DNA from: an uncultured delta proteobacterium
GTDB taxonomy: Bacteria > Desulfobacterota > Binatia > Binatales > Binataceae
DNA: 64,000 bases
Direction of reading: 5' to 3'
Assembly (NCBI GenBank): GCA_963724765.1
Contig: CAVRVY010000004.1
Location: 288,001 to 352,000, forward strand
A program made the position numbers and the translations under genes. The number at the start of each line of letters is the position of its first letter. The stretch's first letter is position 1. The notes under the pieces were generated by a model. That model worked only from the letters and a program-made list of their open reading frames with translations, was not told the origin of the DNA and did no database searches. This document shows, piece after piece, positions 9,442-19,108 of the stretch.

Positions 9442-11058
9442 TCAGCCCGCTGGCTTGATCACCGTGTACATCGTGGCGTTGCCGCGCTGCACCAGGAGGA
9501 GAGCCGAGTTCTTGTCCTTCTTGGCCTCCTTGGCAGCCGACAGGAAATCGTCGACGGTGTTGACCTTTGCGTGATTGACCTCGAGCACGACGTCGCCCTG
9601 CTGGATTCCAGCGTCAGCCGCCGGGCTGTCGGGTTGCACGCCGCGAACCACCACGCCCTTGGTATTGTTTAGGTTGAGCTGGTTGGCGATGTCGGGCGTG
9701 ATAGACTGAACCTGGAGGCCCCAGTTGGAGCCGGGTTCCTCGCTCTTGGCGCTGGCGAGCTGCTCTTCCTTGAGCTCGGCGACTTTGACCGGGATCGTAA
9801 GATGCTTGCCGTTACGGATCACTTCGACCGAAACGGTATCGCCGATCGGCGTCTGCGCCACGAGTTCGGGGAGCTGATGCTCGTCCTGCACCTCGGTGCC
9901 ATTGAACTTGACGATGATGTCGCCGCGCAGGATGCCTGACTTGAGCGCCGGGCCCTCCTTCTCGACGTTGGCTACCAACGCGCCCTCGGGCTTGGGCAGG
10001 TTGAAGGACTGAGCGAGGTCAGGCGTGACTTCCTGAATTTCGACTCCCAGCCACCCGCGCACCACCTTGCCATGGTCCTTGAGCTGCTGCATCACCTGCT
10101 TGGCGATGTCGATCGGTATAGCGAAGCCGATCCCGGCGTTGCTGCCGGTGCTGCTGTAGATGGCCGTGTTGATACCGATTACTTGGCCCTTGGCGTTGAA
10201 CAGCGGGCCACCCGAGTTGCCCGGGTTTATCGACGCGTCGGTCTGGATGAAGTCGTCGTAGTTGCCGCCGAGCGCGCGCCCCTTGGCGCTGATGATCCCG
10301 GCCGTGACCGTCGAGTTGAAACCGAACGGGCTGCCGATCGCGATTACCCAGTCACCAACCTCCGCCGAGTTGGAATCGCCCAGCGGCGCCACCGGCAGGG
10401 GCTGCTTGGTGTCGATCTTGATAAGAGCAAGATCGGTCTTGGGATCTTTGCCGACGACCTTGGCGGTAAACTCGCGCTTGTCGAGCAGCCGGACGTGAAT
10501 CTCATCGGCGTGTCCGGCCACGTGATTGTTGGTCAGGATATAGCCGTCGGGCGAGACGATTACGCCCGAGCCGAGCCCGTGCTGCTTGTATTCATGGGGA
10601 ATCTGGCCGAAGAAGCGGCGGAACTGGTCGAAGGGATTTTGCTGCTGACCAAACGGCCCGCCGGGCCCCTGATCGTTAGGTCCATTCGGTCCGCCCGAAT
10701 CCGGTCCTTCGGGTCCGTCCGGTGAGTCACCCGGTCCAGCCTGGTCGCCGGGTCCGAATGGCGCCCCGGACTTCACCTGCTGAACCACGCTGACATTGAC
10801 CACCGAGGGCATTACCCGCTTGACCAACGGCGCGAAAGACGGAATCAGAACGCCGGCCTCGTTGGGTTCGGGCTGATTAGCCGGCGCAGGTTCGGGATTC
10901 GGCTCCGCTTGGGCAGTTCGTTCGGCGGGGGGAGACTGGGACTTGGCGTGCTCCTGCTGTGGGCTGGAACTCCAGAACGGAAAGGCTCCGGCGCGCGCAA
11001 AGGCTATTAGAATACCCAGGAACACGCCGCAGGATACTGCGGCGATCTTCTTAAACAT
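9442..11058 (-). CDS. degQ: DegP/DegQ (HtrA) periplasmic serine protease with two PDZ domains
   Basis: GSGVI, TNNHV, DLAL, QTDASINPGNSGGPL; signal peptide. Confidence 0.95.
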   Translation of the reverse strand: MFKKIAAVSCGVFLGILIAFARAGAFPFWSSSPQQEHAKSQSPPAERTAQAEPNPEPAPANQPEPNEAGVLIPSFAPLVKRVMPSVVNVSVVQQVKSGAPFGPGDQAGPGDSPDGPEGPDSGGPNGPNDQGPGGPFGQQQNPFDQFRRFFGQIPHEYKQHGLGSGVIVSPDGYILTNNHVAGHADEIHVRLLDKREFTAKVVGKDPKTDLALIKIDTKQPLPVAPLGDSNSAEVGDWVIAIGSPFGFNSTVTAGIISAKGRALGGNYDDFIQTDASINPGNSGGPLFNAKGQVIGINTAIYSSTGSNAGIGFAIPIDIAKQVMQQLKDHGKVVRGWLGVEIQEVTPDLAQSFNLPKPEGALVANVEKEGPALKSGILRGDIIVKFNGTEVQDEHQLPELVAQTPIGDTVSVEVIRNGKHLTIPVKVAELKEEQLASAKSEEPGSNWGLQVQSITPDIANQLNLNNTKGVVVRGVQPDSPAADAGIQQGDVVLEVNHAKVNTVDDFLSAAKEAKKDKNSALLLVQRGNATMYTVIKPAG

Positions 11059-11344
11059 TCAGTCTCCTCCTGGAGATGGCAACGTTCATGTCAACCCGCT
11101 TATGCACGGCAAGATATAAGGTTTAAGACGATACGGGGCGGCTTAAATTCAGGCGACGCGCCGCGAGCCAGTTTCCCGGCGGCAACGCCGCTTGCGTGCC
11201 GCTCGAACCGGCCGATTCATTTCGACTAATTAGTAAATCAGAAAAGCATCGCCAAGCAAAACCCCGCGCCGCCTTCGCTTCGTCGCACCGGTGCTCCGCG
11301 ATGCACCGCCAAGGGCCGGAGCAGCGCTTGGGCAAGACTGGTGA

Positions 11345-11470
11345 AAGAATGGAGCAAGCTTCGGACAAGACCGGAACAATACCTAAGGCAATGGACGGAC
11401 TAAGGGACGACTAAAAGGAAGGACCAAAAGGATGGACTGGGGCCTGACTCTGTCAGCGCGCCACAGAGAC
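11345..11470 (+). ncRNA. Candidate GGA-rich CsrB/RsmY/Z-like small RNA
   Basis: 10 GGA motifs (8 as ANGGA) between 11349 and 11436, then ctctgt/acagag hairpin. Confidence 0.35.
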
Positions 11471-11656
11471 CATCACTCATTCCCGTCCCGGCCCAGACCA
11501 CCCGGCCCTATGTACGATCGCAGGACAACCATGCGTGGGACCAGCCCGCTCTGCTTGCGCGGGGCGAGTCCCGCTCCACGCCCTTCCTTGTCGCGAGGTC
11601 GATTGGTGCGGGGTGGATTGCGCGCGCGTCGGCCGCCGCCATACGATATTGATGTG

Positions 11657-12199
11657 ATGAGCGTGGTTTGTATCGGCGGACTTTTCGGCGCGGGGCTCCT
11701 CACCTGGACCTTCCTGGAGTACGCGATTCACGGCTGGATGGGCCATCGGTTCGCGACTTTCGTGACCCCGCTCCACCACGTCCATCATCGCGATCCCCGC
11801 GCGGCTTTCGCGCTCGGCGCATGGCTGCCGGCCCTGCTCCCCTTACTTATCGGCGCCGCCCACGGAACGCACGGATGGACGATCTTCTACGGCGGCATCC
11901 TGGCCGGGTTCGCGATCTACGAGTTATTGCACTACCGGATCCACTTCAGCGCGCCGCTCTGCCGCGCGGAGGCCCGGATGCGCACGCGTCACTTAATCCA
12001 TCACTATTGCGCGCCGGCGCTGTGTTTCGGAGTCACCACGGCAATGTGGGACCGGGTCTTCGGAACCAGTGCGAGCGGCGCCAACGCTGCTCTGCTGGCG
12101 GCCCGCGTCGCCACGATAGCACCCCTTGAGGGCCCGTCGAACGTCGCCGCGCCGGGTGCCGTGATGCGCCGGCTGATAGCCACAATCGCGATTCGCTAA
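11657..12199 (+). CDS. Fatty acid hydroxylase / sterol desaturase family protein
   Basis: His boxes EYAIH..GH, HHVHH, YELLHYRIH, HLIHH; FGVTT..WDRVFGT. Confidence 0.85.
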   Translation: MSVVCIGGLFGAGLLTWTFLEYAIHGWMGHRFATFVTPLHHVHHRDPRAAFALGAWLPALLPLLIGAAHGTHGWTIFYGGILAGFAIYELLHYRIHFSAPLCRAEARMRTRHLIHHYCAPALCFGVTTAMWDRVFGTSASGANAALLAARVATIAPLEGPSNVAAPGAVMRRLIATIAIR

Positions 12200-12255
12200 T
12201 CCGTCCGAGCCGCGGGCGCGCCCCGGCGGCCCGGACGGCGCGTGAGCGGTGGTTC

Positions 12256-12383
12256 GAGCGGCAATATATTGTCACTTCCCTGGTCTGTTTGGAGCCAGTT
12301 TCTCGTCACTAGCTAATCCCGCGCCGTCTGCGCCGCGCAAATCCGCTCTTATTTCTACCTAATTTCCGGGCACGCTATGTGCT
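12256..12383 (+). promoter_or_regulatory. Sigma54 promoter (GG 12369/GC 12381) with upstream CAATATATTG enhancer, module copy 1
   Basis: GGGCACGCTATGTGCT; palindrome at 12262-12271; conserved in copies 2 and 3. Confidence 0.75.
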
Positions 12384-12587
12384 CCGGCGCAATGGGTCGC
12401 GCTAGAAGCGCGGGCGCGCGACACGTTGCGCGGACGATCCGCTCGAAGTCTTAACGCAAGGACGAGGGCACGCTGCTCAAGGCTCAGGTGGCCACGCGAT
12501 TCGTCCATAGCGCGGCGGCGTGAATTCGCCGGGGGGGGGTTGGTGGGGGAGTTCCGCCTAATCGCTTAAGCGCTTAGGCGCACGATT

Positions 12588-12650
12588 TCAATAGTCAGTC
12601 GGCGCCGGTGTACTACCGCGAGCGATTACTCGTCGCGCGGATCGCGCCGA
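12588..12650 (+). ncRNA. Conserved structured 5' leader element, copy 1
   Basis: TCAATAGTCAGTCGG; outer stem tcggcgc/gcgccga; apical GATTACT hairpin. Confidence 0.5.
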
Positions 12651-12678
12651 ACACGACGACAACGAGCAGGGAGTATCT

Positions 12679-14789
12679 ATGCGACGAGTCTTAGGCTTGG
12701 TCCCGGGTCCGATTCTGGTCGACGAAAGCGGACGTCACACGCGAGATATGCGGGCGCGCGCAACCCAGGCTCACGCGCTCCGGGCATACGCGCTCCGGGC
12801 ATACGCAAAGACGTGCCTGGCGAGCGCGGCGATGCTGATGACGGTTGGGCTCGGATGGGCGGTGGCCGCGCGCGCCCAGGCCAACATAACGCTCAGCAAC
12901 ACCGGCCTGACCGGCGCGATCGCCACCAATACGAACTGGTCGATTGCCAAAAGCGGGGGCGTCGCCAGCGGCACGGCGAGCTGGACGGTTGGGGTGACGA
13001 AGGTCTCCGTGAGCGATCAGATAATCGAGGTCGACGGCCAGGTCCGGATAAACAATACCGGCACGGGACCGGCCCCGCTCGGCAACATTATCGTCAATCT
13101 GCAGCGCCCCTGCGGTGCGGTATGGGTTTCGGCGGCGGCAGGCGTAGCCGACGCGACCTTCGGCCAGGCGGCAACTTACGGCAACTTTATCTCCACTGCG
13201 ACTTACGAGAACGCCACGCGCAACAGCCCGAGCTCGGCCTGCCGCGGACCGGGTAACTATGTGGTCACTACCACCGTCGACGGGCACGCAGTCAAGGAAG
13301 GCACGTTTTTCAGTACCGGCGCCTCGGGCAAGGTCGACTTCGTTAACGCGGCCGACAACTCGGTCTTCTCGATGGTGCCCGAAGTCCAACTGGCTGCCGG
13401 GGCATCGATCAGGCTCTTCTACACTGCGACCTTCGACAACACCATCCTGGGAATCGCGCCGGGAACCGAGCTGCGACCCGAGGTCATCGTCAGCGTGGCC
13501 GCCGCTCAGCAAACCGCCTTGAACGTGTCACGGCTCGTCGACGTCGACGACCAGGACGGGCCGGCCGGCGGAGACGACGCCGGATGGTCACAAAGCGCCG
13601 CGATACGGCAGTCGTTTAAGCCCAAACCAGCGCAGTGCAACCAGACCATCACGTTGAGCGACGCACGAAACAATAGCAATCCGGCGCTGACCGGAACCGC
13701 CACGATGACCAGCTTCACCAGCTTCAACGATACCGGGACGCTGACGATCGACGGCTCGTCGATGAGCGACGGGCAGACCAACACGCAGGACGTAAGCGCC
13801 GCGGTCAACGGCGGCGTCAGCGGCGGCACCATCACCAACTGCGCCGGCATCACCGGCCCCAACACGACCATCAAGCTTGTCGTGGGCAACTTCAGCAAGG
13901 TCTTCAGCGTATGCACCGGAGTAAACGATACCGCTTGCGATGAAGAGGACGTGCCCAGCAATGCGGGCCCGGCCACGCCTACTCCGGCACCGTCCCCGGT
14001 CGTGACGCCCACACCGGTTGTCACGCCCACTCCAGTCGTAACGCCCACTCCGGTTGTCACGCCCAGTCCAATCGTCACGCCCACTCCGGTCGTGACACCG
14101 ACGCCGACCGCCACGCCTACTGCTGTGGTACCGCCGTACAGCAAGAATGAGTTCTGCACCTACAGCGAGGCGCATTGGTCGCATACCTGCGGCGAATGCG
14201 ACGGCGGACGCTACGGCGGCGAAGAGCATAGCGCTGCGCAGAGCCTCAAGCACGGAGAGGATGATGACTGCGTCGGGGAGGGCAGTCAGGCCCATAACCT
14301 CTTGACCGAGAACTTCGACACCGTGTACGGCGCCAGCGGTGGCGTGCATGTAGGCCTCAGCTGCGCCAGCGATCAGTTCGGGATGACCTTCACCTCGGCG
14401 GCCGCGATCCAGAACTACTTGCCCGCGGGCGGACCGGCCGAAGTGCTCAACGCGTGTCTCGTCAACCCGTCAAGCTCGCACTCGGGCAATCTCGGCGGCG
14501 AAGTCCTGGCGCTGGAACTCAACGTCGACTTCAGCGCGGCCGGTATCACAGAGGGTACGGGTGGTCCGTTCGGTAACCTGAATCTGTGCGGCAGCGGCAC
14601 CTCGTTCGACGGCATGTCGATCGCGGAGATTCTCGCGGCCGCCAACAAGGCGCTGGGCAACGGCGGGATGCCCGCAGAGCTCGATCCAGACTCTCTGGCG
14701 ACCTGCTCCATCAGCTCAACAACTCGTTTGACGAATGCTATCCGCACGGTTTCGCCCAGAAGTACCTGACCGGCGGAGCTTGTCCGTAA
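12679..14789 (+). CDS. Secreted Cys-containing protein with Pro/Thr linker and uncharacterised C-terminal domain; apparent frameshift near 14697
   Basis: Signal peptide (…AARAQA), (VVTPTP)n linker; a more natural C-terminus GDLLHQLNNSFDEC…GGACP is in the shifted frame ending 14789 (unshifted ORF ends 14769). Confidence 0.75.
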
Positions 14790-14827
14790 AGCTGAGCCTG
14801 TCTGTAAAGCGATTTGTCCGCGACGAA

Positions 14828-14862
14828 CGAAAGGGCCGGCCCCTGTGGGCCGGCCCTTTTTC
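14828..14862. terminator. Bidirectional terminator between convergent genes
   Basis: gaaagggccggccc-ctgt-gggccggccctttttc. Confidence 0.85.
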
Positions 14863-14904
14863 ATTGCCTCGTTGTGAACCGAATCCGCCGTCAGCGATCG
14901 GCGC

Positions 14905-16941
14905 TCAGCTGACCGCCGCGGCGGCTGACGATGACTGGCACAGCAGCGTCCGCGCGCAATAGGCAGCGGTTATCCGCCACACGGTTAGCGAAAATTGCTT
15001 GCGCAGCCGCTTGCCCGAAGCATCGATCACTCGAATCGTCGGATGCCAGGTGCCCTCCCTGGTTGCGACTCCCATGATAGCGCCGGCGGCCTGGTCGATC
15101 GAAAGGCCTGGCGGCAGGTAACCCAGGATCACGGCGATCGTATAGGGCGCGCGGCCACCGCTGATATCCAGCGAAGTATCGTAGATAACCGTGGTATGTG
15201 CGCTGGGTAAAATCGCACTGGCGCCAATCTTCAGCGGCGATGGCGCCGGGGTCGGCGTCGATGTAGGGGCCGCAGTGGGCGTCGCGGTCGGCTTGGGTGT
15301 AGGCGTCGCCGCAGGAGTGAGTGTAGCGGTCGGCATCGGTGTCGCGGCCGACGCGCCAGGGGTTATCGAGCCCCACCACGTACCCCACATATTGCTTTGA
15401 CCGGCGTACTCCTGGATGGTCCACATCGAGGTGTCGTCGACCGGATCGACCACGGTCGCGGTGAAGTCGCCCCATCGGTTCTCGCCGGTGCCGAAGTCCT
15501 TGAAGTAGGACGCCTCACCCGCCTTCAGGATCACTTCGCTTCCCATCGTGTTCGGAGGGTCGCTCGCCAGGTGTATCGAGTAGGCCGCGCTCGCATATAT
15601 CCCGGTCCCGAAATGTGTATAGCCGAGCATCATGTCGCCGTACTGGTTAACGGCCAGCGACGGGTAGGCGTAAAAGTTGGCGGCGCTGGGATCGTCGATG
15701 CGTCCGAACTGCTGCACCTGGCCAAACGCCGAGGCGCTCATATTGATCTGCCACCATTGCGCGGCAGTGCGAGTCGGAGTTCCAGTCGCGGGAAGGTAGA
15801 CGGTATGCGAGGCCCAGAGAGAGCCATTGCGATACACGCAGCTCTGGATCCGCCCGTCCTCGGTCTGGATGTTCTCGCTGGAGCCGAGTTGCGGAGCGAA
15901 ATTAGCGACCGGCGAGAACGCCTGCCAGGCCGACGGCCCGGTCGGATAGGCTACGCCGCTCGTCAGCACTTCGGACCCGACCGGGCCCGTTATGGTGTCG
16001 ACCCGGAGCTCGCCGGCACCCGAGCTGCTCTGCTCCAGCAGGTACATGGTCGAAAGATTGGGATCCAACGTAGTGGCCGGGACCTGAGTATAGCCACTGG
16101 TCGGTGTGAGCACGGTATATTTGCCCGTGCCGCCGGCGTACAGGTCTGCCTTGTCAAAAGCCCAAATCATCGAGTTGACGAAATTGTTGCCGGCGACGGT
16201 GAAGATGTTGGCCTGCACGACGATCCAGTTCTTATTGAATCCGAGGGTCGGATAATCGACCCAATTGACTGACGAACCAAGGTTTATCTTGTAGATATTC
16301 CAGCCGGCGGTGGGATCGCTGGTTTGCGAGACACCGATCAGGATGGCCGCGTTCGAGGACATCTCTCCGGCGGCGGATGAGAAGATCCAGCGTTGGGCAT
16401 ACGGATCGTAAAGGATATGCGCGTCGAATGACTCGGTCACGCCCAGAGCCGACCAGAAGGTCCAGTTGGTGATTGCGCTCAGAACGTTGCCCGACCTGTC
16501 CTGGATCACGACCTGGCTGTTGAGCGCTTCCATCAGATGATGGGGCCCGACCGCTCCCTCGGAGTCGGGCGGAATCACCGTGCCGTTGTCAGCCACCGCC
16601 AAGAAGCTGTTGACGGGCGGGAGCGATTGCACGGTCGAAACTGCGGGCGGCGGCGCTTCGCTCTCGGGCGCGGCAACCGCTTCCTCACTCTCTGTGGTGC
16701 TTTCGATTTGCGGTGCGAACGGGCGATGAATTTTACGATGCTCATTGAGCGGCATCGGACCAAGCGCCTCGTCACGAGCGACCCCCTTGAAGTTTATTGA
16801 GGCGCGCTGCGCCGCCTCGCCTGCCGTGCCGTTTACCTGGACCGGAGACGCCCCGGCGAGTGTTTGAACGGCGGCGACGCCTACAAGCGCGATAGCCGCC
16901 GAGAAAATAAATTGCCGAATTCGCCGCGTGGTCGATATCAC
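14905..16941 (-). CDS. Secreted protein: large beta-rich domain (PPD..AVGP…RWGD), Pro/Thr stalk, putative Ig (He_PIG) domain
   Basis: Signal peptide; GG.APY…LPPGLSID…G.I.G motif; paralog of 22166-24583. Confidence 0.8.
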   Translation of the reverse strand: MISTTRRIRQFIFSAAIALVGVAAVQTLAGASPVQVNGTAGEAAQRASINFKGVARDEALGPMPLNEHRKIHRPFAPQIESTTESEEAVAAPESEAPPPAVSTVQSLPPVNSFLAVADNGTVIPPDSEGAVGPHHLMEALNSQVVIQDRSGNVLSAITNWTFWSALGVTESFDAHILYDPYAQRWIFSSAAGEMSSNAAILIGVSQTSDPTAGWNIYKINLGSSVNWVDYPTLGFNKNWIVVQANIFTVAGNNFVNSMIWAFDKADLYAGGTGKYTVLTPTSGYTQVPATTLDPNLSTMYLLEQSSSGAGELRVDTITGPVGSEVLTSGVAYPTGPSAWQAFSPVANFAPQLGSSENIQTEDGRIQSCVYRNGSLWASHTVYLPATGTPTRTAAQWWQINMSASAFGQVQQFGRIDDPSAANFYAYPSLAVNQYGDMMLGYTHFGTGIYASAAYSIHLASDPPNTMGSEVILKAGEASYFKDFGTGENRWGDFTATVVDPVDDTSMWTIQEYAGQSNMWGTWWGSITPGASAATPMPTATLTPAATPTPKPTATPTAAPTSTPTPAPSPLKIGASAILPSAHTTVIYDTSLDISGGRAPYTIAVILGYLPPGLSIDQAAGAIMGVATREGTWHPTIRVIDASGKRLRKQFSLTVWRITAAYCARTLLCQSSSAAAAVS

Positions 16942-17826
16942 CTTCGATAGCCTCCCAAGCGCGCCTTCGCTGGAGCGGGCTTGCTCGTTTCAAGGCTATG
17001 AAGCGCAATGATAGGACCACGCGAACCATTTTCATCTTCGACACACCATCACTGCTGGAATTAGAACAAGCCGGAGCACACGGCGAGACATCGAAGCGCA
17101 TAAAAGCGCTCATGCTTCGATTCGAATCAGAATGTCTGAACGAATACGGATTTATCGCACGACGGTCTTCGCCTCACGATGGCTCAGACAAGACCACCGA
17201 TCGCTGCCGCCCGATCCATCCAAACTGTGTCGGGTCCGAGACACGAATCGTTTGTGCGGTACCCAGCTCCACTGAAATCCGAGTGACTACTTGGATGAGA
17301 CTTGTGCTGCCCGGATACGAAACAGGATGCTTAAAGCTTATTCAGCCCGCCCCGGCTCGGGCCCGCCCTCGATGTAGATCGCGGGTAGATTTCGCCGCGC
17401 GAATCGACCGCGGCGGGGCCGTCGAGCCCGAGGCGCTCAGGCGTCGCCCCCCTGACCATTCCGCCGCCGCGCCCGCCGGCCGGCGCCGCCGACCGTCCGA
17501 CCATCCGTCGCTGCGCGGGGCTCTCCCTTGCGGCTCCTGCCCAGGGAGCGCCCAAAATCGCCGATCGCAAATCGCGCTAGGTCCCGTCCGTCAGCTAAGT
17601 TTCCCAGGATTTAAACAAGCCGCTTTCCATCCTCAACGCGCACAGCGACTCCCAGGATTTGATAGCCCCGTGAGCATCCGGACGTAGTTTCGCCCGACTG
17701 CACGCGCTTTCATTGCCTTGAGATACGGTCATAAGCATGTTAAAAGATAAGAATGATAGGTATTGCGTTTTAAGAATACGTGTATCATGATTAAGATGCG
17801 GCTGGACGAATAGGAGTTCTTAATTT

Positions 17827-18039
17827 ATGCGTCAGATTGTGGAGCTGAGAACGAAAGATGGCGGCAAAGTCAGCATTGTCCTTGATCACTGGGGCTCCGG
17901 GTTGGACGATGCGATGCGCCGTTGGGTACTGGTAGATGGTTACTGGAGGTGCACTGACAACGGAGACCTCGCAGAGGAAGCTCGCTTGAGTGGCCTCAAG
18001 GTTTTTAATGCTTCGCCCCCTTTGCTTGGCTTGAGATGA
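17827..18039 (+). CDS. Small hypothetical protein (70 aa)
   Basis: AGGAG RBS, sigma70-like TTGCGT/TATCAT upstream; degenerate paralog at 18924. Confidence 0.6.
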   Translation: MRQIVELRTKDGGKVSIVLDHWGSGLDDAMRRWVLVDGYWRCTDNGDLAEEARLSGLKVFNASPPLLGLR

Positions 18040-18085
18040 GAGTTCAAGACGAGCAAATCGCCGGCCGCGGGCTGGGCTAGTGCGG

Positions 18086-18436
18086 TTATCTTTTGCGATG
18101 GCCTCCGGTCAAATTATAGTCCCCGGTCAATCTCAAGCCCGTCGCGGGCATCTCCGTTACGGCCTCGACGTCCAGGTTCGACACTTTGTATTCGTAGCTG
18201 ATGTTCGACACCTCGAGACTCTTCAGTCCGAGCAAGATCAGCAGTTCGTCCCAGAACCGAACCTGCGGGACATACTCCTTGGCCAGAACTACATCGCCGG
18301 TCCAATAGTTGATGGAACCAACTTTCCTGGTTTCGGACCACATCTGACCAGAGCCATTGTCCCGAACACCGAAGTCGCTGTCTGTGCCTGGGAGACCGTA
18401 AATCCGCACTGACCCTGGGATGATGTACTTCCGCAT
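18086..18436 (-). CDS. Small hypothetical protein with DNGSG…GSINY.TG motif
   Basis: Plausible composition, AT-richer region. Confidence 0.5.
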   Translation of the reverse strand: MRKYIIPGSVRIYGLPGTDSDFGVRDNGSGQMWSETRKVGSINYWTGDVVLAKEYVPQVRFWDELLILLGLKSLEVSNISYEYKVSNLDVEAVTEMPATGLRLTGDYNLTGGHRKR

Positions 18437-18923
18437 GATCGGCCGTCGTCTCTCAGTGAAGATTTAACGTTGAGCCAGGCTGTTGGCGTGCCGATCGCAT
18501 AGCTCCCGCTGCCGAAGCGACCTGCCCTGATTGTCGGTGTACCGCGCGATCATGGGAACCCCGACTCGCGGAATTGCCAGCGGTAGAGCATCCCAAGTAC
18601 TCGCAGGCGAGTAGTTGAATCTCCGGAGCCACGCCAGCGGATCCTAACGAAACGGCTAAATCAAAAGAAAGGGCGGTTCCCAGCACAAGGACCCGCCCTC
18701 CCGCGCGGCGTCGGAATCGTCGGTACCAGGCCCCGCTCGGCGGTGAAAATGGGGCACTGGCTGGCGACGCGGCGGCGAGAGTCGCGGATCTACGAGGTCA
18801 GCCAGACAGGATCTCTGAAGGTATTCAAAAAGTATCAAAGAAGAGATTGAGACGTTATTGCATCATAAAAGTGAATCTGTAATCATTAACATCGTAAAGA
18901 GTGGCCATAGGAACACACGGACC

Positions 18924-19062
18924 ATGACACGACTAGTCAAACTGCGTACGAGCGATGGAAACACAGTCTGTGTCGTTCTTGAGCGTTGGGGCTCCGGCTC
19001 GGATCACACTTCTACGTCGCTGGACATTGGCCGGAAGCCACTAGGAGTGCATGAACGATGTT
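18924..19062 (+). pseudogene. Degenerate copy of the 17827-18039 gene
   Basis: MTRLVKLRTSDGNTVCVVLERWGSG then frameshift to LRRWTLAGSH*EC, versus MRQIVELRTKDGGKVSIVLDHWGSG…MRRWVLVDGYWRC. Confidence 0.65.
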
Positions 19063-19108
19063 CGCCGGATCTCCTGATTCGCTCTAACAGCAAATGAGGT
19101 CATTGGAG

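Noticed and set aside
11432-11656. Long N-terminal extension of the fatty acid hydroxylase ORF
   Set aside because: Non-family, Arg/Pro-rich translation; ATG 11657 fits the family better
17070-17295. Possible copy of the shared module upstream of 14905-16941 (GTGTC-N8-GACAC at 17227; caagtagtcactcgg on the minus strand)
   Set aside because: Blocks are in the wrong order and the candidate -24 element lacks GG
16998-17687. 229-aa + strand ORF
   Set aside because: No recognisable motifs; lies in the upstream region of the 16941 gene
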